64,000 bases of DNA from Felis catus (taxonomy: Eukaryota), in assembly GCF_018350175.1 (NCBI RefSeq), contig NC_058378.1, positions 2,046,001 to 2,110,000 of the forward strand, read 5' to 3'. Shown here piece after piece: positions 1 through 13,019 of this stretch. Below the pieces are notes generated by a model. That model saw nothing but the letters and a program-made list of their open reading frames with translations, made no database searches and was not told the origin of the DNA. The position numbers and the translations under genes are program-made. Each line of letters starts with the position of its first letter. Positions within the stretch are counted from its first letter, which is position 1.

Positions 1-1950
1 GTGGTGGGGCTGTTTGTATTGTACCCTGAATGAGGTCCTATAAACTGTCCAATTATGAGCCTCACTAGGAACTGACAGCTTCTCATGCTTCACACTATGT
101 GGGTCAGAGCAGTATCCTCAAGAGAGAAATATTCATCTTCCAGAATCCGAGGAGGCCAACCAAGCCTTGTTTGTACTCCCTTTTTGGAGCCTGGAGGTGA
201 AAAAGGCAGTCATTTAATACTTTAGAACATTAGATTCCTCAAACTGAACTGACGCTGTGGTCCCTAAATCCTCATAGTGATTATCTCTCACCTTCTAGAA
301 CACATGTGTCCCTCCAAGGTCTCCAATGTGGTAGACATTAGATCTGGTTAGCACAATGGCATCAATACTGTGAATCAACGATACATCTTTCAAGATGTCC
401 AGCTGGTCCAGATTCTTCAGACTTTTGTTATGTCATCAGAGCAGGAGAGGTGATACTTCTCTGGGCCAAGCTTGTGAATTTTTATCATTGTTCCTTCTAA
501 GAGAAAGCAAAATCTTTCTGATTTTCCATTCTAAGGGTGAAAAGAACTCATTTATGAGGTCAATTGCCAGACACCACACACCTGTGGCCGACGTAATCTG
601 CTCTTGCAAATATAGTGGATCAGGCAAAGTGACTGCAATCAGAACTTCTACCTCTTCAAGCTCCCGCTCAGGTTCCAGATTCTACCTCGTAGTTGCAGGT
701 TCCCAGGAGATAAAAAGGGGGTAACTGGAGATTCTGTGGGGAACTACCACTCCTCCATCTGATAGATCTTTCCGTGTGTTGCTGATTCCTGCTGTTACCC
801 CTGGGTGTACTGGTCCTTATGTTTGCTGGTCTGGTGCAGGTGAGGGGAAGGTTCCTGCCCATCCTTCTCCACTGTGACAACTCTTAGTAGGCTGAATGGC
901 TAATGAGGGTTCATGGCAACTGCCAAGTGTGTCTGTTACAATCACACATTCAGGGATCTGGGCTCATTGGACCCACAGGGACCAGATCTGAGTCAGGGCT
1001 CAATTTGTTATCTGCCACCATAATCTTTGGGTTCTAGTGTCATTGTCACCTCAGAGCATTAGTCCAACAGTTTTGAAAATGTGTGTGTGTGTCCTTTCTC
1101 TATTAAATATTCATCTGAGTAAATCAACAGCCTGTTTGATGAAGGACTAGGGAGCCATTCTCATGTATGCTTCACAGTGTTCCTTAAAAACGAACTCAGT
1201 TCTGGAAACTGGCTCAGGTCTGGAAACTGGGAAAGAGTGTGATTGCTTTCTTTTTACATTGGGGAAATTCCTCTGTCCCTCCTGAGTATCCATGCCCAAC
1301 TGACTTTGATTTTGGAGATCAAGCTGTAATCTTGCTGATTGCCTATCTGTTTGGTCACTAGAGTTGCCAGCTCCTCTCAGTGGTTTCTGTGAGTCTCTTC
1401 CAGTCAGGGTCCTTTGGACACTGCTCTAACTTTGCCATACATTATGATACTTGTACCTACCCAGCTCCTGAAGTTTAAGTCCTGTTACATGGCCTCAGTT
1501 GTGTGAGGATTTTATCATCCCCGTGGGTACCGATGAGTCTAGTTCTTGCACAGCATCTCCAACCTGTGAGACCCAATTCACAGATAAGATATAGCGCATG
1601 ACTGAAGAGTGTGTGCCCCAGCATATCCCTCATTGCACTGTAAACAGTGCCTCCTTTGGCCACTCCAGAACTTAATCATCTGATGGGCTTTCCTGGAATT
1701 ACATTCCTCTCCAATGTGTCCTTTTTCTACCAACTTCTGAGGCCAAGGAGACCCTTCAATCTCAATTGATGGCTAATGAAAGCTATCACCTTTTCTCTGT
1801 TCTAGGAGCCATGCTAATGCGTTGGTACTGGATCAATAGTGAAATTGAGAGTGCCTCAGTTCCTACAAACTCTTATCCAAATCTATGTCGTAGTATTCCT
1901 CAGCACCCTCAGATTACACACCTATGTGTACTGTGTCGGACCCTCTAGTT
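1..1950 (-). mobile_element. Decayed ERV-L internal region (gag-pro-RT remnant), running off the window start
   Basis: Minus ORF 436-627 (PDPLYLQEQITSATGVWCLAIDLINEFFS) resembles ERV-L RT ([29 protein letters not shown]). The minus strand at ~349-378 reads LIHSIDAIVL, a degenerate LVHYIDDIML. 940-1250 resembles the ERV-L gag/protease junction. Many stops and frameshifts. Confidence 0.8.
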
Positions 1951-2065
1951 CTTTGTGGTATAGTTGTTTCCTCCCTTATCAGGTCTTAAGGACATCAACA
2001 TTACTTCTCTGAAATCAGATATGTCATTTGGATAAAATCTTATTACTGCTGGTTGTCTAACATAT

Positions 2066-2074
2066 TTATCTATC

Positions 2075-2107
<33 letters not shown>

Positions 2108-2332
2108 TCACATACATATACATATATATATACATATACACACATATACATACATATATATCATTTTATTAGTGAACAAATTTTGTTTTACACATATATT
2201 ATTATATGAGTATAAAAATACATATATATTAAATGTATTTTATAGATATATACATACATATATACATATATATACATACATATACATACACACACATATA
2301 TATACATATATACATATACTTATATATATAAT
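2066..2332. repeat. (TA)n/(CA)n/(TACA)n compound microsatellite
   Basis: Visible alternating TA/CA runs, interrupted by AT-rich spacer. Confidence 0.9.
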
Positions 2333-5121
2333 AGATTTACAGTTTACTCATAAAATTATTTACTCAGTAAATAATTGAAATAAATGGATAGTCCTAATAT
2401 ACCAAGTGTAGGTGTCCCAGTATTGCCACAAGTTAGTCGAACATCTTAAAAATACATAAATTATGTATACAGAAATTTAAATTCAGAAAAACAATATCTT
2501 TAGTATATGTCTTGTATTCAAATATATTTTCACAAAGCCTTCTATGCTTAATACTTAAGTAGTGCTACGGCTGTTAAAAGGATGTTACTCTTGAAAATGC
2601 ATTTGGAATAAAAATGTCACATAATAATGATTCTGTAGATCAAAAAAAATAAATTTCTAGGATTCCTGTGATATTTTTAAAAGTAACTTCCAAAGGTGAT
2701 TTGTTAATTTGTAATGCTTAGTTTCTAACTTATAATAATGTAATTGTAATGTTTAATGTATAGAATGTGAACCATTCTATTTCATCTTATTTTTCAACTA
2801 TTTCTGTCACCAATTGTTTATTATCAAGGAAATATTACCCTAAATATTAATTTACAGTTCCTGTAATAAAAAAATCATACTTTGTTGAACAAAGTATCTG
2901 ATTTATGACTCCATAAATGTTTTAGCATTAAATTATTTTCATGGCCGTGTTATTTATTTTCACGGCCATAACTAGATTTATACAGTAATTTCATTCCACT
3001 TTTCTTTACATATCTAGAAAGTTCACAATTAATTCCAAGTTGGGTCATACAGCTGTCGCTGAATTGATCACGAACCCCCACCTGACAGTGCAGGAGGAGG
3101 AATGTTCATTCCATTCCACATTCTCTTCCATCCATTTTCTGGGGCGTGACCCTCTGAGATGAGAACAAGTTGAACTCCTGGGGCACACACATAAGTTGCC
3201 CGGAAGGAAACTTTGAGATGCTTTAACTCATGCGTTGAAGAATATTGAGCTTAACACAGAAAAGAGGAGAGCTTGGGTAATTTTAGAATCACACGTGAAG
3301 TTTGTTTCCTCTTCAAGGGGAAAACTTCAAAAACAAACTTTCAAATTGAATACTTGTCAAAGAGGAATCACTTAACTGCACGACATGGAATATTTGGGGC
3401 ATGGTGAACTGTAGCGGAATAAATCGTTAGAAATTTTCAGTCGGTTTAGAAATCTGGCCACTTAATTTTCAAAGCTGCAGAGCTTTTAGTAAAAGTTTTT
3501 ATCTCATTTAATATGTACCTCATAACCTACTCTGAAAAGCTCTTAGTGGCTTTCACTTTATTTTGCCCCAAATATTTAATAAATGACATACCAATAGCAC
3601 TTCTGCTTTTGCTTTAGTCAGAGTTCTTTGGCTAATAAACTTCACTACAGTTAATTATGTAAATGTCTTGTGTGTAGCGTGGAAATGGATGGTGTAGAAC
3701 CCAGGACAGCAAGGGAAAGCTGGATACAGAACTGGGGAGCTGTCCAGCGTCAAGGCAGTGGCTTTTACCAATCTCTGTCATTCCAGGGCAGTGTTTCTTT
3801 CCTCTCCTCTTTGATTCTTTGTATCTCCAGTTTTCCAACCAGCACCCGCTGCTCACAGGTGACCCAATAACATTGGGTTCATATCCCTTCATATCCCTGA
3901 AGCTATATTGGTTTGCTGCATCCAGTCTGTGTTACTATTATATTCCCATCCCAATTAGGATTCTCCAGTGAAGAAGGCTTACTGATTTCTGACCATTAGA
4001 TGGATAGCTTTCACTAAAATCCGTTGTCCATCCATGGACAATCCATGGGGCTGTGTGAACTTGAATGACACATACACACAGACCCCCAAATAGGGTGTGT
4101 GGCTTAGAGCTCAGAGAAGAGGTCTTTGCATGGACAGGTTACCTTAAAAACCATAACTGTCTAGTAAATTAGTGGTGTTCAAACAGCTCCATGGATCTGA
4201 AAGAGAATTGTGGCAGTAAATTGGGGTGGCATGGATCATGGGGTGCTGTGGACGGGCGAGCTCCAGAACTCTCATTTCACGTTAGCTGGTTAATTTCCAT
4301 GTTCACTTGTTTTGTATGTTGAGCTTTATTTATTTCATGCAAGAGTTAGGTTTGGAAGAATAAGTTTAAAATTTCTTCTGTAAGGTGTTGGTGATTTTTG
4401 TAAAACTGTAGCTTAGCTTGAATCCCCTCCGTGAAATGTCTAAATCCTTTTGATAGATTAACAAACACTTGGAAAATGATTTAACTTATTGAGTAGAATT
4501 CTCTAACGTGAAGGTTAGAAGTAAAGCCTTAATTACTCAGGGTTACTGAATTCAATATACCTGGCACTCAAGTTTGCCCAGGGAGACACATACATTTCCT
4601 ATTACAGATGGCCAACACAGCACTGCCTTATTTTATTTTTATTATAAATAAAGCACTTTCTAATATGTTTTTAGGTGAATGCAACAGTGTATGTACTCAA
4701 CTACCTCCCATTAGAGAAAAAAAAAGGTGTTTTTTTGTTTTTAGGTGTAAAACATACTTAAAGTGAAATAAGACTTTTTTGAAGGTAATAAATAAGATGC
4801 TACAGAATTTTAATGAAAGACAATATAAAGACTAATTATAGATACCATTGGGAAAAATAGAGACAAAGAATAGAGAAATGTAGATAAGGATATAAACCCA
4901 GCTAAAACAGCTAACCTAGAGAACATTGCTATATCCCTCCCCCATTTCCCAGGATTGTAAAAGATGTTGAAACATTTGAACATTACAGAAATAACCTAGG
5001 GACAAATACAATATGTGTATCCCAGATGTAGTATGATATGCTTATTCTATTTACAATAAAACTCAGCATAAAGCTATACAACATAAAAGTCACCAAAAAG
5101 GAGAGGTTAAAAAAAGGAATA

Positions 5122-5220
5122 GAGGCGCCCAGCTGGCTCAGTTGGAAGACCATGTGACTCTTGATCTCGGAGTCGTGAGTTCAAGCCCGTGTTGGGCATA
5201 GAGTTTCCTTTAAAAAAAAT
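5122..5220 (+). mobile_element. Short old-type Can-SINE (tRNA-derived head plus A tail, no CT tract)
   Basis: A-box tggctcagttgg, B-box gagttcaagccc, A-rich tail. Flanks taaaaaaaggaata / taaaaaaagaata are a probable TSD. Confidence 0.85.
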
Positions 5221-5744
5221 TAAAAAAAGAATATATGAATTATTAATTAATATGGAGCAAGCATGGGCTACTTTTAAAAACTAAACACTATTATTGTTCA
5301 GTACATTTTAACTTGTATAATTTAGTGAGTATTAGTGTGATCTTCATCTTATGATTTTGCTTTACGTGGTGCAGTAGGTATATGTGTGTGTGTTAACACT
5401 TTCAAATAAGTGCTTCATGCAATGAAAATGTTTTAATAAGCCAAATGAGTCAATATAAAGCAACTTCACTTATATATTATGTCATTATACATTGTGGAAC
5501 TTCCATATTATACTAGAAATGATCCAATTTTAAGTATAGTTTTATATGCAGTTTTCAAAGTTAATGCCTAGAATAAAAATAGAATAAGATTGAAAATTTA
5601 ATGCAAACTATACTTTGCATATAAATAAGAATATTACAATACTATGTTTATATAGCTCTACACCATGCCCAAAAGCATATATGGCAGACATAGAAAAATA
5701 TATTCTCTCCTTATAAATATAAAAGCAAGATAATTTATTTAAAT

Positions 5745-6520
5745 TTTTTTATGGAAATTGACATAATTGGTGTAAAGTGAGTTGCCAATGTTTATTACTT
5801 CAAAAGTTTTGACATACTGGCACCTGAGAAAATGCCGTCGTAATCAAGGGAATGGAAATATCCACCTCCCACAAAAGTTTCTGTGTGCCCTTTATGATCC
5901 GTGTCTCTCCTCCTCTACCAATCTCCATGCAGCTACTCTGTATTTCTGATACTATAGAACAGTTTGCATGTGGTAGAATTTCATGTAAATAGAGTCACAC
6001 GAAGTGTGGTCATTCTTGTCTTTTTCACTCAATATAACTACTTTGAGATCCACACATGATGATACACGGAACAATAGTTCATTAGTGTTTTTTTTTTTCT
6101 TTTTTAAATTAATAGACTTTGGAACAGTTTCAGGTTTACAGAAAAAATCAAGCCATTAGGGAGAGTTCCCACGTACCCTCTCTTTTCCTTCCCCACATTT
6201 TCCCCTATCATGAACATCTTACTACAGTGTAGTACATTTGTTGTGATTGACAGATCATTGTACACAGTATCAGTACATTATCAACAATATTATTGATATA
6301 CATTGATAATATTGATATTGTAATCTTAATGACCATAATATTGGTACATGATTATTAACTGTCATACATAGTTTACATTAGGGTCCGCTCTTGGTGTCGT
6401 ACATTCTGTGGGTCTAGACAAGTGCACCATGTTGTGTAGCCTCCATTACAGTTTCACACAGAATGGCCTCACGTCACTGAAGTATTTCATTTATTCATCC
6501 CACCCCCAGCCCCTCACACT
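5745..6520 (-). mobile_element. Two adjacent ancient L1M 3'-end fragments (second starts at poly-T ~6088, L1MC-like)
   Basis: Poly-T starts and L1M 3'UTR antisense motifs (catagtttacattagggtccgctcttggtgtcgtacattctgtgggt). Confidence 0.7.
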
Positions 6521-6724
6521 GGATTGGGCGACTGTAGGGTTTGTTCTGAGAAACCAAATGCCTGAGTACAAATTGCATTAATGTGAAGTAAGAGAAGGAG
6601 GAATATAGGAGATTTTCTTTATTATATATGGATTGTAAGATTTGGCTCCTTAAAGTAAATTAAAACTTTTTAATACTTACTAATTACCCTTCAATCCAAA
6701 TGTCGTATCATAGAGAACAATCTA

Positions 6725-7780
6725 GTCAAATTAGATCAGTGTCCTAAACGTAAACTTAAACTATAAACCTTACAGATATAACAAATTGTTTGTGGCTTTT
6801 GACTTAAGATTATTTAGATATGCTCCAAAAGAACATCCCAGACAACAACAAAAGAGTGAAAAATTAGACGCCATAAAATAAGAAATTCAGCACTACTACC
6901 CTATAGGCCACACTGGGAGAAAACAATTGCAAACCATATGTCTGATACAAGATATGTACCCAGAATTTATAAATTCAATAATAAGGAAAAATACAACCTA
7001 ATAAAAAAAAACAATCAAAAAAAGAGGTTTGGGAACACTCATTTCTACCAGAGAACATACAGAAATGTCATATAAGTACACAAAAGAGGTACTATACCAC
7101 TTCATGTCTGTTAGAACAATACAATTAAAAAGATAAGTAATCCCATATGTTGGCAATAGGTAGAAGAATGGAAACTCCCTTATACTGGTAGTGGGAACAT
7201 AAAATTGTATGGCCACTTTGGGAAAATTGAGCAGTTTCCAAATTTAGATATACACCGCCATTGCACCCACCTGCTCCACACCTAGATATTCACCCAGTAG
7301 AAATTACAGCGTATCTCCTTACAAAAACTGAAACACAAGTGGTCATGGCGGCCTTATTTGTAAATGCCCCAGACTAGAAACATCCCAAAGGTTTATCAAC
7401 AGATGAATGGATAAACCAAATATTACATAACTATAAAGTGACCTTGTAACTCAGCACTAAAAAGGAATGTCTTGGGGCACCTGGGTGGCTCAGTCGCGCC
7501 TTCAACTCTTGGTTTCGGTATAGGTCATGATCTTATGTTCATGAGTTTGAGCCCCACATTGGGCTCCACTATGACACTGTGGAGACTGCTCGGGATTCTC
7601 TCTCTCCCTCTCTCTCTCTCTCTACCTCTCCCCTGCTCACTCTCTCAAAATTTGGAAGATGAGCTAGGAGAAAATCTAGGTGACACTGTGTGATATATTC
7701 GTGCTGCGTTCAAAACCAGGCAAAATGAACTGGTGATGTGGGAAGTCAAGGGGCTGTAACTGGGAGGAGGGACTTAGGCA
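6725..7780 (+). mobile_element. Ancient L1M ORF2 3' end/3'UTR fragment, interrupted by a SINE
   Basis: Typical L1 motifs ctgggagaaaacaattgcaaaccatatgtctgata and tcaacagatgaatggataaac. Confidence 0.75.
7474..7650 (+). mobile_element. Can-SINE (diverged)
   Basis: ggggcacctgggtggctcagtc head, CT tract, short tail. Confidence 0.9.
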
Positions 7781-7959
7781 ATGGTGCAGGGTGTGCCCAG
7801 GTCTTCCTCTGTCAAGGGGTCCCTACTTGGAATTAGCACAGATCTGGAACCCAGGTGAGAAGCTGTGTCTGCACAGCAGCAGCATGAATCAGGTTTTTGG
7901 CTCCCTGACATGACGGTTTTCTTGTAACATAAATTAAACACTTACATAGGGTTAAACAC

Positions 7960-8700
7960 TACTAATAGGCTCTCCATCTAGTTTGCTCTTAGGGAAGCCA
8001 TAAGCAATTAGCCACTACGAAGGCACTTTTTGTGTATGAAGTATAATTGACTTATAACCAAGGCATTCTGATTGCCTGTCAAACCTGCCACCTGGGGCCA
8101 TGGTATGCCCACATTCTCTCTGGTGGTTCAGGGCTGCATCCGGGCAGCTGATCCACCGGGATCACATCATCCTTCTTGAAATCTATGAACATATCTCAAT
8201 GGTGACATCCTCTGTTGTCGCAGGTGGAAGCAAGCACAGAACGTTTCACTGATGTGGGGCTCCCCTCACTGATACGTTGATCAGAGCCTCACAGAAGGAG
8301 GTGCCTTCTAGATCTCAACATGGAACGGAACTGAGGACTGAGTATGCAGGTGGCACATGAACATCCATTCCGTTGTTCGATTGTTGAGTGTGTGGGGATC
8401 TTACAAGTGATTGACCCAGAAGCACTGCTGAGTAACTCAGACCTTACTGGCCGGTTGAATAAATTCTGGAAAGCTACCGCCAAGCCATAGCTGCAGAAGC
8501 TATGCTATTTCCATCTGACATGGCCAGGGAAGGGCCAGGAGTGGTTCAGGTTCTACAAATTTACTCTGAACGTGTCCACCCGTAGAGAGAGAGAGATCTT
8601 CTCCCTAGAAGCAGACAGGCAATTAATAACACAGCAAATCTGTGTCCTTTCCAGGCGCTTAGTGTTTTCAAGCATTTCTGCTGACAGTTTCAATGATTTG
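7960..8700 (-). mobile_element. ERV-L/MaLR-like gag remnant
   Basis: gatgtggggctcccctcactgatacg...gaaggaggtgccttctag resembles antisense ERV-L gag (gatgctggtgctcccctcac...gaagggtatgtcttctgg). Boundaries approximate. Confidence 0.5.
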
Positions 8701-9680
8701 CAAAACACGCCTGGTGAGATTTGGTCTGATTTGTCAACCGTAGAATGGCTCGGCAGCACGTGTGTCTGGCATACTGTCCTTTACACTTTTCTCAGGTTTA
8801 TAGTGGTCACACGTTATCATTACATGTTTAAAGTATTCATCAGGATAATTCTTGCCTGTGAGCTGAAACACCTGATCCTTTTAGTCCCTACATTTTGTGG
8901 CAAAAGGATGGATTCCAGTCCCCACACAGGAATTTCACTTGTTGCGCATGACCAGCAGGAAGCTGGGGCAGAGTTGTCGGGTAAGCAGAGGACATCCTCT
9001 GGCGTAGTCCCAGAAGACTAGGCTGAAGGTGTGCACTGAATGAAATTTGTTCAATCACCAATATCGTAATAGCTTAGTCCTGGCCAGGTGAATGAATGTC
9101 AAGTGCCTGGGAGAGACGCGTACAGTGAGGACCGTGGACCGGCTCCCAATGATGTATTATGACCGCCGTGAATTCTCAGTGAAGAATTAGAAACTGGGAG
9201 TCAACACTACTTTCAATAAGCTTGGCTCTGAAGGAGAGCACTTCAAACAGTTGCTAGAGGCAAAATCACGGAGGCTTGTTTGTTCCTTTGAAGACGGGCT
9301 TGTACCTCAGCATGATACCGTCTTGTACTTAGTATTTACACTGATAAAATGATACGCACTATTCCTACTTCCTGTTAACATGTACATTTTATCTAGTGTC
9401 AACACACATTTTCAGGAGCAAAATGGAAAGTTTTAAGGTTAAAATTATAAAGACAAAATAGTAAACATGGTATTTACTTAGTGAGTATGTAGCTTTGTCT
9501 GACATTCACCTTACATCCCCCACCCCCAGAAGTTTGTTTAGGCGTGCCGATCAGCCCAGTTAAAATAAAAGGGGTCTGAGTTCAGCTCAGGGTGTCTTGT
9601 AATGTGTTGTTCACAGCCACCCAACTATTGTAACAGTTTCTGTCAGTATAATGGTCCACAGTGGAGGTTCATTGATTTTT

Positions 9681-9704
9681 TTTAAAAAAAAATTTAAGTT
9701 TATT

Positions 9705-9740
<36 letters not shown>

Positions 9741-9900
9741 AGGGGAGGGACAGAGAGACAGGGAGAGAGAGAATCCCAAGCAGGATCTGCACTGTCAGTG
9801 CAGATCCCGACACGGGGCTTAAACTCATGAACATTGAGATGAGGACCTGAGCGAAAACCAAGAGTCAGAAGCTTAACCGACCGAACCACCCAGGCATCCT
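9681..9900 (-). mobile_element. Can-SINE
   Basis: Antisense head (ccacccaggcatcct) and (GA)n tract. Degenerate TSD ggaggttcattgattttt / gaaggctcattaattttt. Confidence 0.93.
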
Positions 9901-9975
9901 GAAGGCTCATTAATTTTTAATAAATAAGAGAGAGAGGGAGAAAGAGGTGGCAGAAATCAGATATTTGACTTCTTT

Positions 9976-10192
9976 TTTTAAAAAATTTTTTTAACGTTTT
10001 ATTTTTGATGGAAAGAGACACAGATCATGAGCGGGGGAGGGGCAGAGAGAGAGGGAGACACAGAATCTGAAACAGGTTCCAGGTTCTGAGCTGTCAGCAC
10101 AGAGCACGATGCGGGGCTCGAACTCACAGACCATAAGACCATGACCTGAGCCAAAGTCAGATGCTCAACCGACTGAGCCACCCAGGCGCCCC
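9976..10192 (-). mobile_element. Can-SINE (felid type)
   Basis: Ends ccacccaggcgcccc. Perfect 18-bp TSD cagatatttgacttcttt at 9958-9975 and 10194-10211. Confidence 0.96.
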
Positions 10193-11085
10193 ACAGATAT
10201 TTGACTTCTTTAGAACTTAAAATATTTTTCTTATGCCAGGCTTTTGATATGATTAGATTTTCTTTGTAGATTTTTCTTCAAAGTCTATATTACTTGCAGT
10301 TAGAGTTTCTTGTAATATTGGCTAATAGGCAGGCTAAATCTCTCATGTTAAGCTTCAGTTAATACACACAAGACATTCCCTCACCGTGAGACCAATGGTT
10401 GATCAACTAGAATCTGGGTTCACAGTAGGATAAACAGCCTCATGAAAGAGGCTGGATTATGGCAGTTCAGCATTAGTCATTAAATATTGTGACAGGCACA
10501 TATTGCCATTTCCCCTGAGAGAGGGTGATGAGAGGTGGTCAGTTTTATGCTCCTGCATGTTATTTTATGTTCTTCTATCCTCTGTAATTCAGAAATGTGT
10601 GATAACAGCTTTCAGCTTCAGTCTTATAGCTGTTGTATAATTTAATTGAAAACAACTGGGTCATCTCATTTAAACTCTTACTATGTTGATTCTCCATATG
10701 TTTTGTAAATTTATGGAGTCCTTTGAGATTATCTCACTTTTCCAAAAGATTATCAGACATAGTTTGAATCCATTATAACAGGATGAAAACCAATATTTTT
10801 AAGATTATCTTCAATAAACAGTTAAGTGGTCTAGTGGTTCATAAAACCACTAAAGCTGAAAACTCAGTTACACATTTTTTCCCTTTCTTTTCCAGTTTCT
10901 AACATGGACTTAATACACTGTTTTTGAGCCTAAGGAATAATTATGTATATAAATCCAAAATTAAGTATATCAAATGAGGATAGAAGTCTCCATATATTAA
11001 AATGACAAATAAGTGGTCAAATATCAATTTAGAGAAAGATTTGTTATTTGGTATCTATCTGTGCCCTAGGAGTGCCCATGCTACC

Positions 11086-11140
11086 TATTATTATTATTAT
11101 TATTATTATTATTGTTATTATTATTATTATTATTATTATT
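11086..11140. repeat. (ATT)n microsatellite
   Basis: About 18 trinucleotide units with one interruption. Confidence 0.95.
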
Positions 11141-11670
11141 CCTGAGAAATCAGTGGACAGAATTTTGAGAAAGGCTTGCATAATTAGAAATAGAACATAA
11201 TGCTCTGACTCTTTCTGCTAAAATGCTGCCCCTGATGCCACCATGGCTTCTGTGCATCATTGCCGTTGGCTAATTGGGAGACTCTGTATCACAAGCCATT
11301 TGATATGTGCATTTTCCCCCACAAAGTTAAAAAGGGAACTGTTTTCAAAGTGAGGGCAAAACTAAAGTTTATAGCTAAAATGGAACATATCCTGCTAAAC
11401 ACCTTGAAGTGCCTCTTACTGACTCTCCTACATTAAGGGACTCCTTGAAGCTCATTGTGCAGCACATCTACCATATTGTACGATCCCATTTTTCAGTCCC
11501 TGGCCTCAGACATATAACATCGTGATTCAGATGTGTGTCCTTCTTCACTCTGTGTTTTTACATTTCTACTAGTTTCGCTTCCTGATATTATTGCAGCACA
11601 GATCTTTGAATTACTTCTTCTGGATTGTCTCTAGAGCCCTTCATATTTATCCTTTGGTCTCTTGACTTAA

Positions 11671-11902
11671 TTTTGTTGTTGTTGTTGTTGTTGTTGTTTG
11701 TTGTTGTTGTTTATTTATTTATTTTGAGAGAGAGCAAGTGGGCAGGGGAGGAACATAGAGAGATGGAGACAGAGAATCCCAAGCAGGTTCCGTGCTGTCA
11801 GTGCAGAGCCCAGTGTGGGGCTTGACCCCACGACCCTGGAATCATGACCTGAGCCGAAATCAAGAGTCAGATGCTCAACCGACTGAGCCATCCAGGCGCC
11901 CC
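11671..11902 (-). mobile_element. Can-SINE with tail converted to (AAC)n
   Basis: Antisense head, (GTT)n tail, TSD ttgacttaa on both sides. Confidence 0.93.
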
Positions 11903-12594
11903 TTGACTTAAATTTCTAACACCATATCTATCATGATTTTCATTCTAGCCCTGTAACTAGGCTGGTTGCTATCAGAAGGTGCCATTGGCCAAGTTCCACC
12001 CCACTACATGTTTACCATGTCTCTGATTGTGTTCCCAGTTGAACATTGTGATTATTCTAGCCAACAACTCTCTTTGTTAATAATTATCAGCTCTGTTGGT
12101 GACTTGATCTTCCCCCTGGAACAATTTTTTATTCTAATTTGAATGCAAATGGAGGGGAATAGTGCCATATTTTCTTAAGCTCTTTATTTATTTTACTCAG
12201 AGTCTATTATAGATGCTCACAATTAATTTAATTGAATTGACCAGATTTGTAACATATTAAACATAAAACATTTTCTTGGGCAGCCTAGAGCTTCCACTAC
12301 ATTCTGGAACAGAAGTGTATCTCTAGCTCAGTGTTTATGTTTCATCCTTTGAAGTAGACGCATCCTCTCTCGTAGACATAATTATGCCCTAAATAAAGAG
12401 CTAGGCTGACTCTCCTGACTAGCCTTACAGACAGTCCAAACATGTTTAAATCAATGAGTGAAAAAAATTCTCCAACAGTTTGATGATAATGAAATATTTT
12501 ATCACGTTTTAGGAGGTTAGCATATTTCATAACATGATTAAACAAATAGAAGAGAGACATACTGTAGCTCAGTTTTACTAATACCTCACTGAAT

Positions 12595-12730
12595 NNNNNN
12601 NNNNNNNNNNNNNNNNNNNNNNNNNNNNNNNNNNNNNNNNNNNNNNNNNNNNNNNNNNNNNNNNNNNNNNNNNNNNNNNNNNNNNNNNNNNNNNNNNNNN
12701 NNNNNNNNNNNNNNNNNNNNNNNNNNNNNN
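12595..12730. other. N-run (136 N)
   Basis: Directly visible. Confidence 1.
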
Positions 12731-13000
12731 AAGTTAGACCGGCCTCTCCTGGGACACTGGGCAATATCGACTCTGAGGAAGACTGTGTGGCTTCTCAGTC
12801 TCTGTAATCATGTGAGCCTGTCCCTCTAGTAAATCTCCATAGATGATGTAGATGTAGATGTAGGTGTAGATGTAGATACAGATGTAGGTGTAGATGTAGG
12901 TGTAGATGTAGGTGTAAGTATAGACGTAGGTATAGATACAGATGTAGGTGTAGATCCTACCTGGTTCTGTTTCTCTAGAACAGAATGTACTTCTAATAAA
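12731..13000 (+). mobile_element. MLT2 (ERV-L) LTR 3' part containing an expanded hexamer repeat
   Basis: tctctgtaatcatgtgagcc...taaatctc and ctggttctgtttctctaga...ctaata match the MLT2 3' end. The 5' side abuts an N-run. Confidence 0.7.
12841..12955. repeat. (GATGTA/GGTGTA)n hexanucleotide microsatellite
   Basis: About 19 variant hexamer units, directly visible. Confidence 0.92.
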
Positions 13001-13019
13001 CCACTAGCCAAAACCTGGA

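Noticed and set aside
5122-5200. tRNA-like A/B boxes as a tRNA gene
   Set aside because: A tail, probable TSD and degenerate stems indicate a SINE.
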